In this document: in pieces, positions 63,031-64,000 of the stretch | How positions within the stretch are numbered: position 1 is the stretch's first letter | Layout: every line of letters begins with the position of its first letter | Assembly: GCF_026210795.1 (NCBI RefSeq) | Contig: NC_089436.1 | Coordinates: forward strand, 2,790,001 to 2,854,000 | From: Rhizophagus irregularis | Lineage: Eukaryota | DNA: 64,000 bases | Reading direction: 5' to 3' | Notes under the pieces: generated by a model | The model's input: only the letters and a program-made list of their open reading frames with translations | Told to the model about the DNA's origin: nothing | The model's database searches: none | Translations under genes and position numbers: made by a program

Positions 63031-64000
63031 ACCAGGCATTAAAGTCTTAAAGCCTATCCATTGCAAGACAAAATCTTCAAAGTCCATCATGTGAGACGAG
63101 TCATATAGAAAATTAGTAGGGTATTATATAGAGTGAGGTCCTAAGGGACTGAATCTTATCGTTTAGGTTGTGTGCTTAGAACAAAAGATCTCGAGGTGGT
63201 AGTATAGACCGTTCATGTGAGATCGATCACCTGAAATGCGCAGAGCGCGATATCGAACATCATGCGCAGTAAGTACGTCATCTTAAATTATAATATAAAA
63301 TAATTAAATTTAAAAAAAATATTTTTGTATTTAATTTATTGTACATATATAGCATTAAAAAGTATTTGCAGTATGTTCCTCCAAACTTTTTAATACTGAT
63401 TCATTGTTAAAAATGATAAATATATCGGTAATTTTATATTGATTCATTATTCTCGTTATTATTCACAGAATATCGTGAAATAAATTGTAAATACACAATG
63501 TATTATTTAATTTGATAATTGCTATGTTATTTTTAAAATTATTATTTATTAAATTTGTAATTATAATCGATGTTAAAATACATATTAAATTCCAAATTGG
63601 AATTCAATATTTGTTGAATAAATTATATTCGCATTGCATAATAATTATATTATCTTCATTTACATTTATTTTTTTTATACTACTTATTATAAATTATTTC
63701 AGATCATCAAATAATAATAATAATAGAAACATTACAAGTAACTTCCTTATAAGAAAGTTGCGTATCGTTTAAAGTAACAACAAATAATTTTTTTTAATAT
63801 TATAAATTATTATAATATTAAGATCTTATTATCCAGTATTTTTTCACCACCGCATGGCTTTTGGCCGGCATTACGGCACTAAGAAATTAGCTATATGTTC
63901 ATGACAAATATGATTTCACACGCTTAAAAAGCCGATATACTATGATCGCGTGATCACGTGGGTGAAAAGTGACGGAAGAGTCGGAAGATGGTTGCTGTTC

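Noticed and set aside
941..63772. Numerous 60-140-aa ORFs overlapping genes or in AT-rich spacers
   Set aside because: Alternate-frame or antisense shadows and low-complexity translations, often with non-ATG starts and no recognisable motifs.
3720..63962. Frequent (T)CACGTG(A) E-box-like motifs
   Set aside because: Several lie inside transposons; enrichment or function cannot be shown without a background model.

Overview
Very AT-rich eukaryotic DNA with short GT-AG introns. Gene content (expanded tyrosine-kinase-like kinases, SEL1-repeat proteins, Crinkler-like relics) points to an arbuscular mycorrhizal fungus (Glomeromycotina, Rhizophagus-like); this is an inference. The window is a birth-and-death cluster of signalling genes. 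It holds two kinase-SEL1 genes (<1-3105, 12139-15824), one SEL1-kinase gene with 28 near-identical mosaic 108-bp repeats (26880-31434), two kinase-less SEL1 paralogs, one stand-alone kinase and at least three kinase pseudogenes. Two single-pass membrane cupredoxin genes (one intact, one frameshifted) each lie head-to-head with a kinase gene of matching status. Also present are a telobox Myb (Tbf1/TRF-like) gene, an intronless bacterial-type secreted serine protease, decayed Crinkler-like and coiled-coil genes, and many non-autonomous transposons, several with readable target-site duplications (CCCTA/CACTA-like 3 bp, hAT-like 8 bp, a 5'-truncated LINE with 16 bp). The best candidates for a novel system are the combinatorially shuffled SEL1-kinase (a possible variable non-self receptor) and the paired membrane-cupredoxin / kinase-SEL1 module. 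Exon boundaries were read by eye and no database search was run.
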